Shown: piece after piece, positions 27,193 through 38,060 of the stretch
Layout: each line of letters starts with the position of its first letter
How positions within the stretch are numbered: position 1 is the first letter of the stretch
NCBI RefSeq assembly: GCF_018350175.1
Contig: NC_058368.1
Location: 113,834,001 to 113,898,000, forward strand
Source: Felis catus
Taxonomy: Eukaryota
Reading direction: 5' to 3'
Length of the DNA: 64,000 nucleotides
The notes under the pieces: model-generated
Seen by the model: the letters and a program-made list of their open reading frames with translations, nothing else
What the model was told of the DNA's origin: nothing
The model's database searches: none
Translations under genes and position numbers: made by a program

Positions 27193-28399
27193 AGTGTTTG
27201 ACTTAGTGCAAGTTAAAGAAGGTAGGGGAAAAGCAGAAAAAAAGGCAGAGAAGCTTCATAAGACCCCCAAAAGCAAGAGCACCATGACCCCTAGGAAAGA
27301 GGTTGGGAAGGGCATTAGTTAAGGCTTTGATGCCACACAGACCTGTATTCAAATTCTAACTCTACCACTTTCCAGTTGTGCAATTTTGGACAAATCACTT
27401 GACAACTCTGAGCCATTTCATCATCAGGAGAAAGGTGATGCTAATACAAGGCTCCCAGGACTGTTGTGAGGAATGTGGAAGCTGAGGTAGATAAATCATT
27501 CAGGGGAATGCCTGGCACACAGAAGAAATTTGAGAGCTAGGAGCTGGTACACAATTTGTATTTCTAAATCAAAGAGGGGCCTCTGGTGTGCAAATAAGGT
27601 ATTTTCTGAAGTTATAGAACAGCATTAACTTTTAAAATCTGTAGACCCTCTTCAGACACAAAGAGAAAAGCTTCTAGGATCTCTGGAAATAAGGGCAGAA
27701 GAAAGCTTTTTAAAGAGAAAAATGCTTGGGGAAGAGCACAAACAGCTTGATATTAAGTCTCTCCACATAACACAGCTAATGGTATTTAAACATTTTTTAA
27801 AACTTAAAAAACATTGCAATTTTTACATTACAGGGGGTGAGGGGGAAGCCATGACTTGATTCACTACTTTTGTATAACCAGTTTCCTGTACTTTCGACAA
27901 TTATAGCATATTTCTAAGATATGTGATTTTCTGCCCGTACTTGCCCATCCCCAGAACATCAGAACAATATAGTAAGGTTACAGTGGGCAAAGGAACACAA
28001 GGGCAAGTACTTAAAATTGAGATGACAACTCAGAGATGACAATTCATCTCTGATGCCAACTCCAGTTGACTGGCCTGTGCCTTGTCTTCCAGAGGTCAGT
28101 GAGACAACGTCCTACCTGATCAGTGATGCGCGCCTTGGGCTCATAATAGGGTACCTATGGCTCTCATGATATGTTTTTTGACATCAACAGATTCTATGCT
28201 AATTCACCAGCTACTCAGGAAGACCAGTAATAATGACCAGATGCTGTTAACAGTAGCTAAAGCAGGAAGGGATAGCCTAAGGAGAGGCACTGCTGGCAGG
28301 AGAATAATGGTCCAATGCTTAGTGCTTGGCGAAAATGTGCCATTTTGGAGGGCTGGAAGAACCAAACTTGGACAAGTGGGACATGATGAGAGAGGCATC

Positions 28400-28886
28400 T
28401 GTGATGGTTAATTTTATGTTCCAACTTGGCTGGGCTAAGGGATGCCCAGATAGCTGGTAAACATTATTTCTGGCTGTGTCTGTGAGGGTGTCCCTGAAAC
28501 TAGCATTTGAATTGGTGGAATGAGGAAAGATGACCTTCACCAGATGTGAGTAGGTGCCCTCCAATTCTTGGGAGGCCTGAATAGGACAAAACGGGGGAAT
28601 TCCCACTCTTTGCTTAAAATGAGACATCCATCTTCTGTTCTTGGCCTTTGGCACTCTTGGTTTTTCAGATTTTCAGGTTCAGACCCGGGCTTACACAACT
28701 GACCCCCAGTGCTCACACCTTCTGACCAAAACCGAAAACTATCAGTTTTCCTGGTTCTCCAGTTGGCAGATGGCAAACCGTGGGACAATTTGGCCTCCAT
28801 AACCACATGAGCCAAATCCTATGAAATTATATATATGTATCTTACATATCCTTTTGGTTCTATTTCTCAGAGAATCCTAATATACA
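28400..28886 (+). mobile_element. MLT2-type ERVL solo LTR
   Basis: Starts tgtgatggttaattttatg...; ends gagaatcctaatataca (TG...CA). Confidence 0.88.
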
Positions 28887-29275
28887 TTTTAACAAATTGT
28901 TGCTTGACCACAGTAGCGATCCTTAGAAAATCTGGAGGAAAAATGAGCAAGTGTGGCAAAAGTTTGTGCACAAGAGAGTAAACAACCATTAGCTGACAAA
29001 TTTCCCTAATTTTTGCCATCCTTGTGGAAAAATTAAGACTAGAAAGGGATGAAGAAAAGTAAAGACAGTCTCCAGTCAGCCTCCTCCAAACCTGATAAGG
29101 ACTGTGGTTTAATTTCCACATCTTTGGGATTTTTCCCCCTAATATCAAGTGTTACTGATTTCCAGCTTAATTCTGTTGTATCCAGAAAATGGGCTCTGTG
29201 TGATTTCAATCCTTTTCAGTTTACAGAGACTTGTTTTAGGACTTGCATATAGTCTGTCGTGGTGTACGTATATAT

Positions 29276-29705
29276 TGTGACAGATGGCAAAATGGCCATA
29301 GATTCTTCTCCAACCAACCAAAGGTGGCGTCTATTTCTCCTCCTCTTGATTCAGGGTTGGCTGTGTGGCTTGGTTGGGCCAATGGGTCAGCAACAGATGT
29401 GACGTAAACAAAGACCGGAGATGTTTTGTCCCTTGGGATTTGATCTCTTGCCGTGCCTGAAATTCTGGGACTACAAAGTGAACAAACCTGAGCCCCCTCC
29501 AACAACCTCCCAACCACCAGATATTTGAGGGAGGCTGTTCTAGATTACCCAGCCACTAGCTGACCTGTAACCCCAACAAAGATCAGCCAAACCATATCAG
29601 GCCAGAACTTTCTAGCCAATCCACAGAATGGTAAGAAGTAATAAATGGTGATTGTTTTAAGCCATTAAGTTTGAAGTGCTTGGTTATGCAACAAAAACTG
29701 ATATA
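29276..29705 (+). mobile_element. MLT1F/H-like MaLR LTR
   Basis: tgtgacagatggcaaaatggcc...; 3' motif aataaatggtgattgttttaagccattaagttt...ttatgcaacaaaaactgata. Confidence 0.75.
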
Positions 29706-29707
29706 TG

Positions 29708-29710
<3 letters not shown>

Positions 29711-29757
<47 letters not shown>
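29711..29757. repeat. (TA)n microsatellite
   Basis: Seen directly. Confidence 0.97.
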
Positions 29758-29762
<5 letters not shown>

Positions 29763-30053
29763 GTTACATACACACTATATATACTTATACATGCACATAA
29801 GCACATAGGTCCCTTTCCTGTGTGTGATCCTCTTCTTTCCTCCACTTTTATAGGTTCTAATATATGTTGTGATTATTAAGTATATATTTAGGCTTCAGGT
29901 TATATGATATAAAGGCAGAATTGTCACTGAACTAAGAGGAATAATGTCATCAGTGACTGATGAAATTTGGGTCTTCCCTTTTATGGAAAAAAGGTAAGCA
30001 CATTTTAATTTTTGCAGAGGATAGTTACATTAGGTTATAAAAGAGCAACTTGT

Positions 30054-30412
30054 GGGGCAGTTCACTGGCTCAGTCAGTAGAACGTGCTACTCTTTTTGTT
30101 TTTAGGTTTATTCATTTAAATTTATTTATTTATTGTGAGAGAGAAAGAGAGAGAGCACAAGTGGGGCAAGGGCGGAGAGGGAGAGAGAGAAAGAATCCCA
30201 AGCAGGCTTCCCACCGTCTGAGCCCAGCCCAATGTGGGGCTCGATCTCACAAACTGTGAGATCATGACCTAAGCCAAAACCAAGAGTTGGAGGCTTAACC
30301 AACTGAGCCACCCATGTGCTCCAGTACAGCATGTGACTCTTGATCTCAGGGTCATGAGTTCAAGCCCCATGTTGGGCATGAAGCCTACTTTAAAAAAAAA
30401 AAAAAAAAAAAA
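30054..30412 (+). mobile_element. Short Can-SINE split by a second, antisense SINE
   Basis: Head at 30054-30093 resumes at 30322; poly(A) at 30392-30413; flanking agcaacttgt duplicated. Confidence 0.85.
30093..30321 (-). mobile_element. Can-SINE nested inside the previous SINE
   Basis: Antisense SINE (T tail, GA tract, ...aactgagccacccatgtgctc). Confidence 0.9.
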
Positions 30413-30493
30413 AGGAAGCAACTTGTTGCCAAGGTTGTTTAGACATTTGGTGAAAAGGACATGTATGGATGTTAAGTGACCGAATGGAAGGAA

Positions 30494-30915
30494 TGTAGCA
30501 GGTAATATTAGCTCAACAGACATTCCAACTCCTCATATAAAGCACAGGCTGGGAAGCTAAAAACTACATTGCCCAGACTGATTTGCAGCTAGGGTTTTTG
30601 GACATGATTTAGGTTCTGCTAATAAGATGAAGTGAAACAAAACAGGGACCAGGCTCTAAGGACATGGGGAGAGAGGGAGGGCGTCCATGTTCAAGGTGTG
30701 GATCATGGCAAAGGCAGCAAGCACCTGGCTGGGAGCTGTGATGGCTGTTTCTGATTGTGCAGCTTACTTCCTCACTGCTCAGGCAGACTAGCTCTGCAAC
30801 ACAGCTTAGAGAGCCATAGTAGTCTCAAGTCTGTTCCTTGACCTCTCGCAACAATTCACAAGTCGTGAAATAATCCTGCTGTATGTCCCTCTCCTGCACC
30901 TGAACCCTGACTAGA
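30494..30915 (+). mobile_element. LTR33-like ERVL LTR remnant
   Basis: aaaactacattgcccagactgatttgcagctagggtttttggacatgatttaggttctgctaat motif. Confidence 0.55.
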
Positions 30916-31275
30916 CAAGAACTGATTCTCTTCCTCTGGCACGAGGACCTAACCCTTCCCGTTCACAGACACCAGCCGGGGTAAGAGGAAAGGGAACCAG
31001 ATAAATGTGAAAGGCTGATAACTATCTAGAGGGATTGTTTACATTTTTTAATAAGACTAAATTCATGAGATAAGAATAAAATGGAAGTGTTTTCCCTCCA
31101 CCTTAGCCAGCAAGTGGAAATCTCATGAGGAAAACTCAGAGCACTATGAGAGAAAGTGAGACTGCATTTTCTCTGTTCATGTGACTATATTTCCATTTAT
31201 GTCTGCCATATAGGTACTATCTCATTTGATCCCTCCAACAACCCTGTGCATTGAGGACTATTATTACCCCATTTC

Positions 31276-31503
31276 TTTTTTTTTTTTAATTTTTTTTTCA
31301 ACGTTTATTTATTTTTTGGGGACAGAGAGAGACAGAGCATGAACGGGGGAGGGGCAGAGAGAGAGGGAGACACAGAATCGGAAACAGGCTCCAGGCTCCG
31401 AGCCATCAGCCCAGAGCCTGACGCGGGGCTCGAACTCACGGACCGCGAGATCGTGACCTGGCCGAAGTCGGACTCTTAACCGACTGCGCCACCCAGGCGC
31501 CCC
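31276..31503 (-). mobile_element. Very young felid Can-SINE
   Basis: CpG-rich and intact; perfect 14-bp TSD tattaccccatttc (31262-31275 / 31504-31517). Confidence 0.97.
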
Positions 31504-31528
31504 TATTACCCCATTTCAAAGATGTAAT

Positions 31529-31738
31529 GGGGTGTCTGGGTGGCTCAGTCAGTTAAACATCTGACTCTTGATTTCGGCTTAGGTCATGATCCCAGGGTCA
31601 TGGGATCAAGCCCCACATCAGGCTCTGTGATGACAGTGTAGCCTGCTTGGGATTCTTCCTTTCCCTCTCTCTGCCCCTCCCCACACTATAAAATTTTGAA
31701 AAAATTTTAATAAAAAAGTAAATTAAAAAAAAAAAAAA
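31529..31738 (+). mobile_element. Can-SINE
   Basis: Typical head and long A-rich tail. Confidence 0.92.
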
Positions 31739-31741
31739 CCA

Positions 31742-31977
31742 GGGGCACCTGGGTGGCTCAGTCGGTTAAGCATCTGACTTCGGCCTAGGTCATGATCTAG
31801 CTGTTCCTGAGTTTGAGCCTTGCATCAGGCTCTGTGCCAACAGCTCAGAGCCTGGAGCCTGCTTCAGATTCTGTGTCTCCATCTCTCTCTCTGCCCCTCC
31901 CCCACTCACACTCTGTCTATCTCTCTCTCTCTCTTCCAAGAATAAATAAACACTAAAAAAATTAAAAGTAAAAAAAC
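31742..31977 (+). mobile_element. Can-SINE, tandem to the previous copy
   Basis: Begins right after the A tail of the previous SINE. Confidence 0.93.
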
Positions 31978-32891
31978 ATGATGAGGTAACAACCTGGAAA
32001 GAGTGTGTAACAGTAGAGTCAGGAATAGGACTACAAAGCATGTCCCTGGATCTTCGCTGTTCACCACGATGCTATTCTGGCCCAGTTTTTTGCTCCCAGC
32101 CCTCTTGGCCACCACTCAGGTGCCCAATGCCCTTTGCTTCCTCCCCTTACAAGATTGCTTAGGCATTCACATGCAGATAGGAACAACTGTTAAGGCCGTC
32201 AACTTGGACAGACAGGGGTGTTATCACTTTAATAGAGTCAAGATGATCTTTGAGTTCCAAGGATGAAACTTCATATTAAAGTAAGCACAGTGACATATGT
32301 GGTCCTTCCCAGGTTCTGGAAAACGATCCACTGCCTTTCCGGATACTGTCTCCCAGCTAAGCAACCCCCACCCATGCCTCTCCTCCCAATCTCCCCCGTA
32401 GGAAGAAAACCTTACCAAAGACAGCCCAGGTGCACCTATGGACGCCCCACTCCATGCCTAGCCAGGGGGAGTAGGTGGCATATATGTTGAGGATAATGCC
32501 TCTGATTCTCCATCAGCCACAAGGGAGAAGCTTCATGGAAAAGCCTAGGGGAAAATAGCAGTCAAATGCACCTCCCTCAATGCTGACTTCAATTAACTGA
32601 AATCCATAACTCTCTCATCTCTTCAAGGGAATGTGTGAGAGCATCTGACAGGAAACTGAAATATTGATGAAAATAAGTCTACCAATTTTTTGATAAATAA
32701 GATGCTTTCTGATACCAGGTGTTAGTACAAACAAGTTGTCTGAATAAAAGCAAAAGTTCTCCCCAAAAAAGGATTAAAAATCAGGAAATTCTGCTCATCC
32801 CATTAATTTTTTCCTGTGACTTAGAGAAAACTGCCTTTGCTGAATATTAGCAGTGGTGAAGTTTCTTTAGTAGTTGAAAAAGGAACTCCTT

Positions 32892-33116
32892 GGGGCTCCT
32901 GGGTGGCTCAGTCGGTTAAAGCATCCGACTTCAGCTCAGGTCATGATCTCACGGTTCGTGGGCTCGAGCCCCACATCAGGCTTTGTGCTAACAGCTCAGA
33001 GCCTGGAGCCTGTTTCTGATTCTGTGTCTCCCTCTCTTTCAGTTCCTCCCTGCTCATGCTGTCTCTCTCTGTCTCTCAAAAAATAAATAAATGTAAAAAA
33101 AAAAACTTTTTTTAAA
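32892..33116 (+). mobile_element. Can-SINE
   Basis: TSD gaaaaaggaactc(c/t)tt. Confidence 0.94.
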
Positions 33117-33150
33117 GAAAAAGGAACTCTTTACTTCAGCTTAGCAGACA

Positions 33151-33356
33151 TTTTTTTAAAGATCTTTTTTAAGTTTATTTATTTATTTTGACAGAGAGGG
33201 GAAGAGTGCAAGTAGGAGAGGGGCAGAGACAGTGAGAGAGAGAGTCCCAAGGAGGCTCCATGCTGTCACCTGGCTCAACCCCACCAACTGTGAGATCAGG
33301 ACCTGAGATGACACCAAGAGTTGGATGCTCAACCAGCTGAGCCACCCAGGCTCCCC
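33151..33356 (-). mobile_element. Can-SINE
   Basis: Antisense copy flanked by tagcagacattttt repeats. Confidence 0.92.
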
Positions 33357-33365
33357 TAGCAGACA

Positions 33366-33585
33366 TTTTTTAAGTTTATTTGCTTTTGAGAGAGAGACAA
33401 AGACAGAGACAGAGAGCGAGCAGGGGAGGGGCAGAGAGAGAGGAAGACATGGAATTGGAAGCAGGCTCCAAGCTCTGAGCTGTCACCACAGAGCCTGATG
33501 CTGGGCTCGAACCCACAAACAATGAGATCATGACCTGAGCTGACGTTCGGACACTTAACCGATTCAGCCACCCAGGTGACACCCC
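33366..33585 (-). mobile_element. Can-SINE
   Basis: Antisense copy flanked by agcagacattt repeats. Confidence 0.92.
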
Positions 33586-33922
33586 TCTCCCCAGCAGACA
33601 TTTCTGAGTATATTTTTATGTTCCGTGCTGGGTGCTGAAGATACATTCAGACATGGTCCCTGATTTCAAACCAATTAATTTTTCAGGGACAACAAACCTA
33701 TGAATGACTGAGCACAAAATAGCACAGAATCACAGTGAAGAAGCTGACTTTCAGCTCTGGGTAGACATGAGTTCACACTCCTGTTCAAATTTCCACTAGC
33801 TATGGAGACTGTGCAAGTCGCTTAACCTCTCTGACCTTCAGACCATTCATCTCAAAAGGGGATGATAATGCCTACCTTTTAAGAGCTGTCATGAAGGTTA
33901 CATGCTAAAGGAAAACTCTAGC

Positions 33923-34134
33923 GGGGCGCCTGGGTGGCTCAGTCAGTCGAGCGTCCAACTTCGGCTCAGGTCATGATCTCGCAGCTTGTGAGTTGGAGCC
34001 CTGCGTCAGGCTCTGTGCTGACAGCTCAGAGCCTGGAGCCTGCTTCAGATTTTGTGTCTCCCTCTCTCTCTGCCCCAACCCACTCGCATTCTGTCTCTGT
34101 CTCTCTCAAAAATAAATAAACATTAAAAAAAATT
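33923..34134 (+). mobile_element. Can-SINE
   Basis: Perfect 17-bp TSD taaaggaaaactctagc. Confidence 0.96.
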
Positions 34135-34177
34135 TAAAGGAAAACTCTAGCAGCGCCACTTCCACCCTGGAAGCTTT

Positions 34178-35550
34178 CCGCAGGGGATGCTGTGGTGCGT
34201 AACTCAGATCCCCCAGGAGGCACTCATTCCCCAGGCCCTTAGAGTGTGGTCTGCTAATGGCTCACAGCTGAGCCCTGCCACAGACAGTGCTCTCTGCCTA
34301 AGGGAGCTGTGTCACTCAAGGTTATATGACGTGTGGGAGTTGGGGGGTATGCATATAAAATGACCTTTTTTTATAGAGTTATAACTCACATACCCTAAAA
34401 ACTCACCCTTTTAAAGTGCAATTCAGTGGAGCTTAGTATAGTCACAAAATTATAAAACCACAGTCACTATCTAATATCAGAATATCTCATCACCCCCCCC
34501 CAAATACCTCAGATACCCTGTGCTACTCACTCTCTTTTCTCCCTCCCCTCAGGCCTTCGCAACCGCTAATCTGTGTTCTGTCTCTATGAATCTGCCTATT
34601 CTGCATATTTCATATAAATGGAACCATACAATAGGTAGCCTTCTGTCTCTGGCTTCTTTCACTTAGCATAATGTCTTCAAGGTTTATCCATGTTGGAACA
34701 TACACCAGTAATTCACTCCTTTTTATTTCATTCATCAGCTGATGACGAGTTTCCACTTTTTGGCTCTTAAGAATAGTGTTACTATGAATGTTCATGTACA
34801 GGTTTTTGTGTGGATATGTGTTTTCACTTCTCTTGGATACGTGTCAAGAAGGGGAGTTACCTAGGTCATATGCTAAACCTGTGTTTAACTTTTTGAGAAA
34901 CTGCCAGACTGTTTCCCAAAGAGGCTGCACCATTTTCCATTCCCCAAGCAAGGTAGGAGAGTTCCAATTTCTCCTCTTCTTGAATAATACTTGTTATTGT
35001 CTTTTTGATTGTGTCCATCCTAGTGAACGTGAAATGGTATCTCATTGTGGTTTTGATTTACTTTTCCCTGATGGCTAATGATGTTGAGCATCTTCTCATG
35101 TGCTTACTGGCCATTTGTAAATCTTTTGGGAGAACTATTCAAATCCTTGGCCCATTTTTTAACTGGGTTATCTTCTTATTGTTGAGTTGTAAGAATTCTT
35201 TATATATTCTGGATACTAGATCCTTACCAGATATGATTTGCAAATATTCTCTTTCATCTGTGGATTATCTTTTTACTTTCTTCATAGTATCATTTGAAGT
35301 GCAGAGGTTTTTAATTGTGATGAAGTCCAATTTATCTCTTTTTTGGTCAGTGACTGATTTTTGCAGAGATACAAAAGTTCATCCCCCTTGTGTGAACTCA
35401 GGACAGCAATGAAAGGCCATCCTAGCTCCAGAGCTCCCAGGGGACTGGGTGAGGCCTTGGTTGCAACTGCATTGTGGTTTAACTTCTTCCCCCTGCTTCA
35501 TCCTGCTGCCCTCACCCCCTCACAGGCGTTACTGCTAGCGGCACTCACCA
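34178..35550 (+). mobile_element. LTR16C-like ERVL LTR split by an L1 insertion
   Basis: 5' half caggggatgctgtggtgc...gctaatggctcacagctgag...caaggtta; 3' half gatacaaaag...ggccatcctagctccagagctccc...ttgcaactgcat. Confidence 0.75.
34366..35345 (-). mobile_element. 5'-truncated old L1 (L1MB-like 3' end)
   Basis: Antisense 3' UTR and ORF2 end (gtttaactttttgagaaactgccagactg, tggtatctcattgtggttttgattt). Confidence 0.9.
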
Positions 35551-35559
35551 AGGTTTCAA

Positions 35560-36025
35560 GTCCTTTTGTGACAAGGCTCCTGCCCCACTCCCCAGAATCT
35601 CTTTGTACTTTCCCCTTACACTCTATGATCCAGCCACACTGAGGTACTTGTGCTTTCTCAACAAGGCCACTTCTCTAGCTTCTGGGACTCTGCACTTGTT
35701 ATATTCCTTCTTTGTCTCTCCCCAGCGCCTCCACCTATCCGTTTTCCAGGCCAACACCCATCATCCATCCAAAGTAAGGTCTTAGCTTACCACCACTTCC
35801 ACTGGGATACTTTTCCTGACCCTTCTGTACGTGTTCACAGGCCCCTTTACTTACCATTATGCTTACCATAATGTACTGTGATTCCCTCTTTATTACTTTG
35901 GCTGCACAACTCTATAGGAACCTTACCAGATAGGGACCCTCTCATTTGCACCACATCTGTGGAGCTGGCTCAGAGCCTGACATCCAGGAAGAGCTGGATA
36001 AATATGTATTGAGTGAGTTAATATA
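35560..36025 (+). mobile_element. L2 3' remnant
   Basis: ccagccacactgagg...; ends agagcctgacatccaggaagagctggataaatatgtattgagtgagt. Confidence 0.6.
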
Positions 36026-37597
36026 TATTGAATACACACAAAGTACAGAAGCAGCCAGGGAAGGCAGTGACTAACTAGAGACTGACTCAGGAAGGGGTAC
36101 ACAAGAGCCCAGTGAGAGGGCACCTCTGGGTCATGCAGTCAGCATGACCAGCTCTGTTACTCATCACACCTGTGTCCACTTGGGCCTTCCTGAGTCCACC
36201 TGGGGTCAGTCTTCCTGCCTTCACAGGATCCTGGTACCTAGCAGCCTCCCAGATTCAGGCAGAAAGTTCCTGCTAGAAGCTGCTAGAAATCAAACCACCT
36301 TTTCTGGGACATACATAAAATCTCCTCTGGGAGCCTGAAGATGATTTTATGGGCTTCCTTATCAGGGCTGTGCAGAAACCGCAGGCACCAAGACAGACAC
36401 TTTCTTAGTTAATCATTCAAATAGGAGGTCAGGTTACATTAAAATGATGGATCTGGGGCGGAAAAATACATTTGGATGCCCTCTATGGTCCCAACCTTTC
36501 TCCCCTCAATCCCCTCACCTCAGATCCAGCCTGCTGCTTAAAGGTAGAAGTGAGGTTCAGATCCAGAGGAAGGCACTTGAGGGGGCTGTTAGCTCCCCGA
36601 GAGTGTGGGCTCCCTCATACCTGGAGTATGATGCCTGTGTTGACTTGTCTGTCCTCAGAGGGTCTGGAAGAGGACCTGGGAATGGGTGGATAGGGGGTTA
36701 AATGTACCCTAACTCAGATTCAAAGCTCTTAACCATCACGCTGTGTTGTCAAATGACACTTTGAGACCCGGTCTCCGGGTTCTCCCTCCACCCTCTCCAC
36801 GCTGCCACATACCCTCTTCACCAGGTACAGAGAAGGTGGAGGCCTCTGCAGCTCAGATATTTCCTCCTACTGCTCTGCAGCCAGGGCTTGGGTGGAAGCC
36901 ACACCCAGCAAGAACAGACCTAGGACAGCTGCTTGGCAGCCCGACTCTGCACATCATTTTCATGACCTCCTGCAGCTCAGCACAGCTCTGAACACCACCC
37001 AGTGGGCCACCATCAAATGTGAGGACATCCTGGAGGACAGGAGGACAAGCGAGTTGGGAAAATTACCTCTAAGAGACCAACGTTGAATCTCACCTGCCTC
37101 TGCCTTCCAGTTGGTGGCTCAGAAAGATTTATGGTGCTGCATACATGGGTCACTCTTGAGATCAAGGTTATAGATCTTGCAGCTGACAGGCCTCCTCAAT
37201 CAGCGCTTCAGGAAAACTTCCACAGCTGATAAATGAGCTGTCTCTAAAGCCTCAGTGACAGGCTCCTAAAGGTCTTGCATTGCTTAGGATTTCTCATTCA
37301 TCCCGCAGGAGAGACATCCACCCCTAATGCCAATATTGCAAAGAAGACAGCAGAGTGAGGCTCCGGAAGGAGCCTTCCCTGCCCGGTCCTGTCCCAGGGT
37401 GCCCACTCCCTATCCCCTCAGCAGTGCCAAGTGCACAGGGAGCACCATCAGCCCTCGATGATAAGGAGCCTTGCATATGGTTAGTGCTCAGCTAAGGTAA
37501 TTTCAAGGGCAGAAGCAAGAGGATGGACACGCTGGAGGAGAGGGACTGGAGGAGAAGGAACCACATGGCATTTGAAACAGAAAGCTAATAAGAGCTT

Positions 37598-38060
37598 TGT
37601 AGCCAACACTGCTCATTGCCTACCCAATATCCCTGCTCCCCTTCTTCCTCCCAGGTGCAACTCTCGAGTTTGTTTGGAACAGCAATGTGCCCAGTTAAAA
37701 GCATTCACCTCCTCTGACTCCCTTGCAGCTGAGGGCACTGAAAGGAATCTAAGTGGTACTCTACTAGGGATTTCTGGAAAGCTCTTTCTTTCCTGTAACA
37801 GGCACCACCCCTTTTGCCTTCTTCTTTTTCTTGTCAAGCCTTTTTGCAGAAGCGGTAATACCTGTGGAGCATCCATCTTGCAACATGTTAAGGGTGGAAG
37901 AGCAAAAAGACAGAAAGACCTAGGATCCCGACAGAATCATGGAGCTGCTGTGCCAGCCCTGGATCGCTTACCTCTGGACTCATGGTTATGTGAGCAAAAT
38001 AAGCCACCCTTTGGTTAAGCCACTGGTGTCATGTGGAGCAAAACACAATCTTAAGTGATA
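37598..38060 (+). mobile_element. MLT1J/K-like MaLR LTR
   Basis: tgtagccaacactg...ctcccttgcagctgag...catcttgcaacatg...ttggttaagccactg. Confidence 0.65.
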
